In this document: piece after piece, positions 29,312-38,157 of the stretch | Position numbering within the stretch: the first letter of the stretch is position 1 | Layout of the letters: each line of letters starts with the position of its first letter | Source: Oscillospiraceae bacterium | Lineage (GTDB): Bacteria; Bacillota; Clostridia; Oscillospirales; CAG-272 | DNA length: 64,000 nt | Direction: 5' to 3' | NCBI GenBank assembly: GCA_015064855.1 | Contig: SVRK01000006.1 | Span: 6,698-70,697, forward strand | Notes under the pieces: generated by a model | What the model saw: only the letters and a program-made list of their open reading frames with translations | What the model was told of the DNA's origin: nothing | Database searches by the model: none | Made by a program: the position numbers and the translations under genes

Positions 29312-31948
29312 ATGAGTACAAAGAAGTATGTTTACCTTTTCTCTGAAGGTAATGCAAACATGAGAGAAATTCTCGGCGGTAAGGGTGCTAACCTTGCTGA
29401 AATGACAAACATCGGTCTCCCTGTTCCTCAAGGCTTTACAATCTCAACAGAGGCTTGTACACAGTACTATGAAGACGGCAGACAAATCAACGATGAAATC
29501 CAAGCGCAAATTATGGAATACATCGACAAGATGGAAGGCATCACAGGTAAAAAGTTCGGCGATAAGGAGAATCCACTCCTCGTTTCTGTTCGTTCAGGTG
29601 CTCGCGCATCAATGCCTGGTATGATGGATACCATTCTTAACCTCGGTCTTAACGAAGAGGTTGTTAACGTAGTTGCTGAAAAGTCAGGCAATCCACGTTG
29701 GGCATGGGACTGCTACAGAAGATTTATTCAAATGTACTCCGACGTTGTTATGGAGGTTGGTAAGAAGTACTTTGAAGAGCTTATCGACAAAATGAAGGAA
29801 GAAAAGGGCGTTACTCTTGACGTTGAGCTTACAGCTGACGACCTCAAAGAGCTCGCTAACCAATTCAAGGCTGAATATAAGTCAAAGATTGGTAAGGACT
29901 TCCCATCTGATCCTAAAGAACAACTTATGGGTGCTGTAAAGGCAGTATTCCGTTCATGGGATAACCCACGTGCTAACTACTACAGAATGCAAAATGAAAT
30001 TCCTTACTCATGGGGTACAGCCGTAAACGTACAAGCTATGGCGTTCGGTAACATGGGTGATGACTGTGGTACTGGTGTTGCATTTACTCGTGACCCAGCT
30101 ACAGGTGAAAAGAAGCTTATGGGTGAATTCTTGACAAACGCACAAGGTGAAGACGTTGTTGCGGGTGTTCGTACACCAATGCCAATTTCTGAAATGGCAA
30201 AGACATTCCCAGAGGCTTACAAGCAATTCGTTGAAGTATGTGGCATTCTTGAAAACCACTATAGAGACATGCAAGATATGGAATTTACTGTTGAACACGG
30301 TAAGCTCTATATGCTTCAAACAAGAAACGGTAAGAGAACAGCAGCTGCTGCTCTTAAGATCGCCGTTGACCTCGTTAACGAGGGTATGATCAATAAGGAA
30401 AAGGCTATCCTTATGATCGATCCAAAGCAACTTGACGCACTCCTCCACCCACAATTCGACGCTAAGGCACTCAAGGCTGCAAAGCCAGTTGCTTCTGCAC
30501 TTCCAGCATCTCCTGGAGCTGCTTGCGGTAAGGTTGTATTTACAGCTGAGGACGCAGTTGAAGAGGGCAAGAAGGGTGAGAAGGTTATCCTTGTTCGTCT
30601 TGAAACATCACCTGAAGATATCGAGGGTATGCACTACGCTCAAGGTATCTTGACTGTTCGTGGCGGTATGACATCACACGCAGCCGTTGTTGCTCGTGGT
30701 ATGGGTACTTGCTGTGTATCTGGCTGTGGCGAGATTAAGATGGACGAAGAAAACAAAAAGTTCGTTCTCGCTGGCAAGACATACGTTGAGGGTGATTACA
30801 TTTCACTCGACGGCTCAACAGGTAACATCTATGGCGAGGCCATTCCTACAGTTCCTGCTACTATCGGTGGCGAGTTCGGTACAATTATGGCTTGGGCTGA
30901 CGAATATAGACAACTCAAGGTTAGAACAAATGCAGATACACCAAAGGATGCTACACAAGCTAGAGCATTCGGTGCAGAGGGTATCGGTCTTTGCCGTACA
31001 GAGCATATGTTCTTCGAGCCTGAAAGAATCGGTGCATTCCGTGAAATGATTTGTGCTGACACAGTTGAAGAGAGAGAAGCTGCACTTGCTAAGATTCTTC
31101 CAATGCAACAAAGCGACTTTGAAAAGCTTTACGAAGCACTCGAGGGCAACCCTGTTACAATTCGTTTCCTTGACCCACCACTTCACGAGTTCGTTCCTAC
31201 AACTGAAGAGGATATCGCTGCTCTCGCTGCAACACAAGGCAAGACAGTTGAGGACATCAAGGCTCTTATTGCTTCACTCCATGAGTTCAACCCAATGATG
31301 GGTCACCGTGGATGCCGTCTAACAGTAACATATCCTGAAATTGCAGTAATGCAAACAAGAGCTGTTATCCGTGCGGCTATCGCAGTTAAGAAGAACCATC
31401 CAGACTGGGATCTTGTTCCTGAAATTATGATTCCACTTGTTGGTGAATATAAAGAGTTTGTATTCTGCAAGAAGCTCGTTGTTGCTGCTGCTGATGAGGA
31501 AATCTCAAATGCAGGCGTTGAGCTTAAGTATGAAGTAGGTACAATGATGGAAATTCCACGTGCTTGCTTGACAGCTGACGAAATTGCAAAAGAGGCTGAA
31601 TTCTTCTGCTTCGGTACAAACGACCTTACACAAATGACATTCGGCTTCAGCCGTGATGACGCAGGTAAGTTCTTAACAGCTTACTATGAGAGCAAGATTT
31701 ACGAAAACGATCCATTTGCAAGAATCGACCAAAACGGTGTTGGTAAGCTTATGGATATGGCAGTTGGTATGGGTAAGACAGTACGTCCTGACATGCACAT
31801 CGGTATTTGCGGTGAGCACGGCGGTGACCCAACATCTGTTGAATTCTGCCACAAGATTGGTCTTAGCTACGTATCATGCTCACCATTCAGAGTTCCGATT
31901 GCAAGACTTGCTGCTGCACAGGCTGCTATTAAGAACCCACGCAAATAA
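29312..31948 (+). CDS. ppdK: Pyruvate, phosphate dikinase
   Basis: GGKGANL, SVRSGA, GGMTSHAAVVARG, GLCRTEHM and FGTNDLTQ motifs. Confidence 0.97.
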   Translation: MSTKKYVYLFSEGNANMREILGGKGANLAEMTNIGLPVPQGFTISTEACTQYYEDGRQINDEIQAQIMEYIDKMEGITGKKFGDKENPLLVSVRSGARASMPGMMDTILNLGLNEEVVNVVAEKSGNPRWAWDCYRRFIQMYSDVVMEVGKKYFEELIDKMKEEKGVTLDVELTADDLKELANQFKAEYKSKIGKDFPSDPKEQLMGAVKAVFRSWDNPRANYYRMQNEIPYSWGTAVNVQAMAFGNMGDDCGTGVAFTRDPATGEKKLMGEFLTNAQGEDVVAGVRTPMPISEMAKTFPEAYKQFVEVCGILENHYRDMQDMEFTVEHGKLYMLQTRNGKRTAAAALKIAVDLVNEGMINKEKAILMIDPKQLDALLHPQFDAKALKAAKPVASALPASPGAACGKVVFTAEDAVEEGKKGEKVILVRLETSPEDIEGMHYAQGILTVRGGMTSHAAVVARGMGTCCVSGCGEIKMDEENKKFVLAGKTYVEGDYISLDGSTGNIYGEAIPTVPATIGGEFGTIMAWADEYRQLKVRTNADTPKDATQARAFGAEGIGLCRTEHMFFEPERIGAFREMICADTVEEREAALAKILPMQQSDFEKLYEALEGNPVTIRFLDPPLHEFVPTTEEDIAALAATQGKTVEDIKALIASLHEFNPMMGHRGCRLTVTYPEIAVMQTRAVIRAAIAVKKNHPDWDLVPEIMIPLVGEYKEFVFCKKLVVAAADEEISNAGVELKYEVGTMMEIPRACLTADEIAKEAEFFCFGTNDLTQMTFGFSRDDAGKFLTAYYESKIYENDPFARIDQNGVGKLMDMAVGMGKTVRPDMHIGICGEHGGDPTSVEFCHKIGLSYVSCSPFRVPIARLAAAQAAIKNPRK

Positions 31949-31964
31949 TAGTGCAAGGACGCAA

Positions 31965-32727
31965 TAGAGGGCACAGAACAGAAAAGCAATAATGCTTGTC
32001 AAATCTGTAAATCTAAAATAATAAAGTAGGGAATTTTGCGAAAGCAAAATTCCCTTTCTTTTTAATGCTTTTCTTAACGGCGATTGCTACTCTACCGTAC
32101 AAAGTACGCCGACGCGTACGCACTCGCCGTTTCTATACCCACTCTTGTTCCTTGCAAGAGGCTGTCGGTTAGGTGTGAAACCAAAATCACACGAAATAGT
32201 TAATTAAATAATTTAATAAAGTAAGGGAGAACTTGTTTCTCCCTTTTCTTTATTTCTGTAATTTAAGGTTGAAAAGAGGTATATGACCTCTTTTCTCTAT
32301 GTGATTTCTATAAACGACCACTTCCTCCGACGTACGTCAGTACGCCTCTCGGTCGTGTTCATTCATTTTTCCTCCGCCCTCGTCACTCTCGATAAAGCAT
32401 ACCCACTCTTGTCCCTCTTGACAGGGGCGCATTAGTAGGCATAGAACAGAAAAGCACGAACTAATTAAAAAAGCTTGTGCAAACTTAATGTTTATCTTAC
32501 TGAATAAAGTTAAATATAAGGTAGAAAACACGCACTTCGGTGCGTGTTTTCTTTTTATGTGCTTTTCTTAACGGCGATTGCTACTCTACCGTACAAAGTA
32601 TACCCTAAAAGGGCACAGGCGCCGACGCTCCTTTCTCGTGCATTTTTCCGACCTCTTGAAGGCTCTAATTAAAATCGGTGCGGATTTTCAGAAATAGTAA
32701 CATTGTAGGGGCGACCATTGGTCGTCC
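31965..32727 (+). repeat. Array of composite repeat units alternating with AT-rich, terminator-containing spacers; ends in a GTAG REP
   Basis: 41-bp identity between 32066-32106 and 32560-32600; motifs shared with the 61.3-62.0 kb array; hairpins near 32028, 32223, 32271 and 32523. Confidence 0.8.
32028..32063 (+). terminator. ppdK intrinsic terminator
   Basis: agggaattttgc-gaaa-gcaaaattccct followed by T-rich tract. Confidence 0.8.
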
Positions 32728-32769
32728 GCCAAAAAAATCCACCAGCTTGGCTGGTGGATTTATATTTAA

Positions 32770-33837
32770 TTAATTTTTCTTTTTCGGGTTTTTGCCGATG
32801 ATATAGCAGGCAATTGTTCCCGCTGATGTTAGGAAACATAGGATGGTCAGCGCAATTGTAAGTCCTAGGAAAATGAAGTTGCCAACTCCCAAGATTAGGT
32901 TTACTATGGCAAAAATAGATAATATTCCTGAAATCACGCATTCAGCGATTGGATGTGTATATACCTTAGCTGAGAAGAGTCTTGCCTTATGCTTTACGTG
33001 TTTATCGTAAAGGAGCTTGAATGTGCTTTGCTTTACTTGGTCTGTTGTTGGTATAATCAAATATGCTGAAAGAGCCCAAATAATTAGATATGCAAATAAA
33101 ACGTATATGGTTGTGAAGCCTGTTGTGGCGCTTGAGGACGTCAACATGTCAAAGCTTGATAAAGCCCCTGCAGGATAGTCGGAAAGTGACATAAACATAC
33201 AGAGCAAGAAAACGGATAAGCCTGTAAGCAAGAATAATGAATCCTTTATAAAAAGCGCGATTTTTTGCTTTCCTTGGAAAACAAACTTTCTATTTCCGAT
33301 AGCACAAATTACCATTGATGCAAAAATTAGTAAAAGTGCGAAAAGGAAAGTAATTTGCATTAAAACAGAATATCTAAATGAAACGCATGGATTTGAAAAC
33401 AATGTGAAGAAAATTCCCAAAGCCATAGTGCCAACAACAAGACGGTTTGCTTTGTTAACAATTTCGCATGAATCTCCCTTAACCGCTCTTATTATTGTGA
33501 GCACGATAGCAACTAGTGATATAATCATTTGTACTAGTGCGTAGATAAAGAAGAACACGCAAAGAAACATACCCATATATTTACAAATCAAATAGTAAAG
33601 GTCGGATGATTCTGGCATATCCTTAAGTGAGAAGAATGCTCTAATTGTTCGATAGAAAAAGTGAAAGAATCCTCCGCCTAGATTAAAGCTGCTTGGGTCT
33701 AGAATGTAGTCAACGCGCGCAAACGAAACAAAAGGCATAAGAGTTAGTGCCATTGTTGCCAAAAGAACAAGCCAATCTGCAATTTTTCTGTAAATTGGGC
33801 GTGGACTATCGTTTTGGTTTAAATCTTTGTTGTCCAT
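32770..33837 (-). CDS. Hypothetical polytopic membrane protein
   Basis: 355-aa ORF with about 8 hydrophobic segments; AAGGAG RBS. Confidence 0.7.
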   Translation of the reverse strand: MDNKDLNQNDSPRPIYRKIADWLVLLATMALTLMPFVSFARVDYILDPSSFNLGGGFFHFFYRTIRAFFSLKDMPESSDLYYLICKYMGMFLCVFFFIYALVQMIISLVAIVLTIIRAVKGDSCEIVNKANRLVVGTMALGIFFTLFSNPCVSFRYSVLMQITFLFALLLIFASMVICAIGNRKFVFQGKQKIALFIKDSLFLLTGLSVFLLCMFMSLSDYPAGALSSFDMLTSSSATTGFTTIYVLFAYLIIWALSAYLIIPTTDQVKQSTFKLLYDKHVKHKARLFSAKVYTHPIAECVISGILSIFAIVNLILGVGNFIFLGLTIALTILCFLTSAGTIACYIIGKNPKKKN

Positions 33838-33904
33838 TTAAAGTCTCTCCTTAATTTATTTGTGCATACCCCTCCAATGGAGGAGAGGTATGCTTTTTAT
33901 TTAA

Positions 33905-34055
33905 TTATTTAACAGTAACAACAACTGTGTGCTTCTTGCCGTCCTTGAAGTTATAAGCCTCCTTTGTGCAAAGGGAGGTGGGTTGCGATAGCAACTCGGA
34001 GGGATTGATTATTTAACTACTACTGATACCTTGTGAGTTTTTCCGTCCTTGAAGT
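33905..34055 (-). repeat. Alternative GH94 3' end (33905-33951) separated from the gene end by a double-hairpin element (33957-34007)
   Basis: 13-bp exact repeat ccgtccttgaagt at 33939-33951 and 34043-34055; the copy reads FKDGKKHTVVVTVK* versus FKDGKTHKVSVVVK* in the gene. Confidence 0.8.
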
Positions 34056-36348
34056 CAGGAAGGATAATGCCATCTATTGCCTTGCCGTCAACGGTAATAT
34101 CAAGTGCGTCAGCCTTGAATTTACCGTCGGGGTTAGAAATTGAAATTTCATACGTTGCGCCACGGAACTCACGTGTGATTGTAGCCTTGTCAAATGGGAG
34201 ATGTGGGTCAATCATAAGTCCCTCATAGGTAGCCTTTGCACCAACCAAGTAGCTTTCCATAGTGTTTGTGTACCAAGCAACAGAGCCTGTAATCCAGCTA
34301 TATTCCATTTGGAATGCGCTGTTTCTGTGCTCAGGGCCAAAATAGCAGTTAGAGAACATATATGGTAGGCACTTGTTCTTAATTTCTGTATTATCACCAA
34401 ACATATATCCGGGAGCTATCTTCTTAAAGAGCTCGTAAGCGAGGTCAGCCTTGCCGTATTTAAGAAGACCAAGAATCATCCAAATATTTGTATGTGAGTA
34501 AATTGTACCGTTTTCGCAAATGCCAGGCTCCATTGAGGAGATACGTCCGATGGTTGGGTCAAATTCCTTATATGAAGGAGTTAAGAGCAAGTAACCAACA
34601 GGAGTTGCCATGTGCTCGTTCATAGCGCTGATAATTGTGTTAGCACGCTCCTCGGATGCAACACCCGAGATAAGTGACCAGCATTGTGGCTCCATAAACA
34701 TTTTTGCGTATTTGTTTTCCTTTGAGCCAAGAGGTGAGCCGTTGTCTGTGTAGCAACGTCTATACCATTCTCCGTCCCAAGCGTTATCATTAATAGCAGT
34801 CTTTATAGCCTCTCTGCGTGCTAAATAGTTTGCTTCCTTTTCGGGCATACCAAGGAATTTAGCAAGCTCAGCCATTTCAAGAAGAGCCTGTGAGTAAGCG
34901 ATTGAAAGCCAAACACTCTCGCCACGGCCCTCTTTACCAACACCGGTGAGTGAGTCGTTCCAGTCACCGAACTTGATAAGGAGTAGGTTGTGCTCGCCCT
35001 TGTTTGACTCAAGGAAGTCAAGAGCCCTGTCCATATGACCAAGAACAGTAGCCTCGCCCTCGTCTCTAAACGGATAAACCTCGTTTAAGAAGTCGATATC
35101 GCCTGTCTCACGTAGATAAGCGGTCAATGTAAATTCAAGCCAAAGAGCAGAGTCGGAGTAAGCTTTAGTGTCAACAGGGTTCCAGCCACGAACAGCCATA
35201 CCGCTTGCGTATTGGTTTTGAATAGCTTCCTTTAAGATTTGCTTTGTTCTTTCGTTCTTGAAGGATACAACGCCGAAGCCGTGTTGAACAATATCACGGT
35301 AGCCGTTATAGCCCCAACGGCACCAAGTAGCACCAAAGTGTGTTGCATGCTTGCCCCAGAAGTTGATTAGACGGTCGAAATGCTCGTCGTTTGTTGTTAT
35401 GTGGTTCTTATTGTAAAGAGCCTTATAATAATTCTTTGTAGCCTCAAAATACTCGTCTTGATTTGCAAGATATTTGTCAGCAAATCTGATGCTATCATCC
35501 TCACACTCGCCTGCACCAAGAAGAAGGGAAATATCCTTGTTTTCGCCCACGTCAAGCTCAATATCAAAGCGGAGTGAGCAGATTGTAGCGTTAGCTGAAC
35601 CGATAGAATTCTTGCTTTCACCCGTGCGTACAACCTCGGGGGAAGCAATTGTTCCATATTCACCGATAAATACGTTTTGACAACCCTCACTGCCTGTAAT
35701 CTTTTCATCAGCTACCATAAATGCAGTTAGGTAGTTATGAGGCTTGATGAATGGGTGCTTGTTCATATAGAAGGTGTTTCTGCCCTCGTCAAAGCGTGTG
35801 CCACGGAACATAGTGTCACCGTAGCTATCAAAGCCCCATTTGAATTTGAATTGAATTTGGCTGTATGTAAAGATAGAGTAAGAGCGCTTCTTTGCACCCT
35901 CGTTCTTTACTGAAAGCTTCCAAATTTCGCACGCATCGTTGCCGGTTGGCACGAAAAGGCGCAATTTTGCCATTGTATCCGAGGTTTTATTTTCAACTAT
36001 TGTGTAGCCAAGACCTTGTGTACATTTGTAGCTTTGGTATGGGTGGCAAACAGGCTCCCAGTTGAGAGTCCAAAATTCACCTGTTTCGTTGTCGCGGATG
36101 AAAACAAGGCGGTTGTAGAGGTGGTCCTTGCCAAAAACGTCATAGTCGCAGATACGACCAACACCTGTGTAAAGCTGAATACCCTCAGTGCCGTTAATTT
36201 GATAGTCAAAGCATCCGATACCTGTTTGGTGAACGTTTGCATAGCAAGCGTCGTTGAACAAGAAGTTGTCAAACGGACGTGGTGTGTTTGGCGCGGTTAT
36301 GATAAATTCATCTCCGCTTTCGTTAAAATAGCCGTATTTATATTCCAT
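34009..36348 (-). CDS. GH94 glycoside phosphorylase (cellobiose/cellodextrin phosphorylase family)
   Basis: YGYF..EFII..TPRP, YRDIVQ, GDWND catalytic motif, ESVW, ENGTIYSH, WITGS. Confidence 0.85.
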   Translation of the reverse strand: MEYKYGYFNESGDEFIITAPNTPRPFDNFLFNDACYANVHQTGIGCFDYQINGTEGIQLYTGVGRICDYDVFGKDHLYNRLVFIRDNETGEFWTLNWEPVCHPYQSYKCTQGLGYTIVENKTSDTMAKLRLFVPTGNDACEIWKLSVKNEGAKKRSYSIFTYSQIQFKFKWGFDSYGDTMFRGTRFDEGRNTFYMNKHPFIKPHNYLTAFMVADEKITGSEGCQNVFIGEYGTIASPEVVRTGESKNSIGSANATICSLRFDIELDVGENKDISLLLGAGECEDDSIRFADKYLANQDEYFEATKNYYKALYNKNHITTNDEHFDRLINFWGKHATHFGATWCRWGYNGYRDIVQHGFGVVSFKNERTKQILKEAIQNQYASGMAVRGWNPVDTKAYSDSALWLEFTLTAYLRETGDIDFLNEVYPFRDEGEATVLGHMDRALDFLESNKGEHNLLLIKFGDWNDSLTGVGKEGRGESVWLSIAYSQALLEMAELAKFLGMPEKEANYLARREAIKTAINDNAWDGEWYRRCYTDNGSPLGSKENKYAKMFMEPQCWSLISGVASEERANTIISAMNEHMATPVGYLLLTPSYKEFDPTIGRISSMEPGICENGTIYSHTNIWMILGLLKYGKADLAYELFKKIAPGYMFGDNTEIKNKCLPYMFSNCYFGPEHRNSAFQMEYSWITGSVAWYTNTMESYLVGAKATYEGLMIDPHLPFDKATITREFRGATYEISISNPDGKFKADALDITVDGKAIDGIILPDFKDGKTHKVSVVVK

Positions 36349-36366
36349 AATAAAGGTCCTTCCTTT

Positions 36367-38157
36367 TTATAATATTTGATCGTCAGGTGTTACTCTCTCG
36401 CCCGAGAGGAGTAGGTCAATAGCCTTGCAAACCTTGCGTATTTGAGTCATTTTTGCGGTAAAATCATAGATTGGCTTCTCAAATGTGACAGAGCCATCCT
36501 CATTAATCGTTCCCGCCTCTGCCTTTTCAAATGCAAAGTTTACGTCTATTTTATAGTATGTGTATCTAACGACTGTGCCGTCGTTTTTATAAGCGGTAAT
36601 AGAGTATACAATGTTTTCATCACTCTCGTATTTCGCTATTTCTTCCTTTGACATCGTATTGAATTCGTCAATAAACGGATAGTAAAGGAAATAAACGTAT
36701 AGGTTTCTAAACCAGTTTTTATCGTATGAGCTTTCGGCTTCGTTGTTGTCCTCAAATTTAAGTCCTGAATTTAAAGCATCAACGGATAGAAAATCTGTTT
36801 TCGTATTGTAATTAAGAATGAACGTTTCTTCATTAAACAGATTGCTTGAATCGTCCTTGCTAGCCTTAATTACGATTTTATTAACGCCGGGCTTGTTTCT
36901 CTCTATATCAGGATTGATAGTTTCATAAAAGCCCGAGGTTATGGAGTTTGTATCAGTCCACTTTATTAGTGAATAGGGGTCCTCGCCAAGGAATGCAAGT
37001 GTTTCACTTGAAATTTTCACAATTATATCCTTATCAAAATATTTTGAAAGAATATAATGTGAGTCCTCAATTTTTTTACTAATCAAAAGCTCCGGTTCGC
37101 TTTGCTGGGCTAAAGAATTTGCAAAGCTTGCCGTGGAGGCAAAGTCCACGCTTAATAAATATTTTTCATCATCATCGGAAAGCCCAAATTTTTTAAGCTC
37201 CTCCTCGGTTGGGGAAAGCGCCACAACCTCGTCACCTAAAAACGTGAGATATATAGTGCTGAAAACCTCTGTCAAATATAGGGTTGATGCGACGGTTGTT
37301 TTGTCGCGTCCGCTATCATCCGTTGGGTAAATTGCATTAAAGGTAACGGTTGCCTTCGTTTCGTCCCTTTCGGTTGCAATTATTTTTACTATTGATTTGA
37401 TAGCATCCTCTTTTGCTGAATATATTTGGAATCTGTCTATTCCCAAAAGAGCGTGCGTTTCGTTTTCAAAGAACGAGTTGATTGAAGGAGATAGGTAATA
37501 TAAAAGAGATTTGTGGGTGTAATTTGTCATATCGCCCGCAAGCTTGTATATGTGGTTACGTCCCTCGATATAAGCATAGTAAGTACCGTCCGAGGAGTTT
37601 GTTCTATTGCCGATTCTTACAGTATATGAATTCTCCTTGCCATCTCTTTTGTAATAGAGAGTATAGACGTTTTTACAGTCTTCGTCAACGCCACAGTCCT
37701 TTAAATCCTTTTGGGATGCGTTTCTTATAGGGGACTTTGTTGTCGCTGTGGTAAGATGCATACGAAGCATTTCAAAGCTGGTTTTGTTAAGAGCAATGTC
37801 CGTACAGCTGTCTATACGCCACTCGTACTTTGCAAGGCTTTCGTCCCATACGGAAACAAACGAATAGCTACCGCTTTCGTTTTTAATATCTATTTTTGTA
37901 ACCTCGTTGTTTTCAATCAATGGGTATGCTAGGTGCGCTGCATTGCCGAACGCCGCTTCGCCCTCCCATATGTCAAATCGTGGCTTTTCCTCAGGCTCAC
38001 GCAAAAAAACTATGGCAAGGACAAGACCTGTTATTAATCCGACCAGAACGACACCTAATATTACGAAGGTAATAATAGTTTTTGTGGCAATAGCACCGCC
38101 TGTCGCTGCGGTAGTAATTGCTAATGTGCCTTTTTCATTTTTTTGTTGCTTACTCAT
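36367..38157 (-). CDS. DUF4340-like extracytoplasmic protein
   Basis: N-terminal TM, repeated LKxxGL motifs, last gene of a Gld-like ABC operon. Confidence 0.65.
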   Translation of the reverse strand: MSKQQKNEKGTLAITTAATGGAIATKTIITFVILGVVLVGLITGLVLAIVFLREPEEKPRFDIWEGEAAFGNAAHLAYPLIENNEVTKIDIKNESGSYSFVSVWDESLAKYEWRIDSCTDIALNKTSFEMLRMHLTTATTKSPIRNASQKDLKDCGVDEDCKNVYTLYYKRDGKENSYTVRIGNRTNSSDGTYYAYIEGRNHIYKLAGDMTNYTHKSLLYYLSPSINSFFENETHALLGIDRFQIYSAKEDAIKSIVKIIATERDETKATVTFNAIYPTDDSGRDKTTVASTLYLTEVFSTIYLTFLGDEVVALSPTEEELKKFGLSDDDEKYLLSVDFASTASFANSLAQQSEPELLISKKIEDSHYILSKYFDKDIIVKISSETLAFLGEDPYSLIKWTDTNSITSGFYETINPDIERNKPGVNKIVIKASKDDSSNLFNEETFILNYNTKTDFLSVDALNSGLKFEDNNEAESSYDKNWFRNLYVYFLYYPFIDEFNTMSKEEIAKYESDENIVYSITAYKNDGTVVRYTYYKIDVNFAFEKAEAGTINEDGSVTFEKPIYDFTAKMTQIRKVCKAIDLLLSGERVTPDDQIL

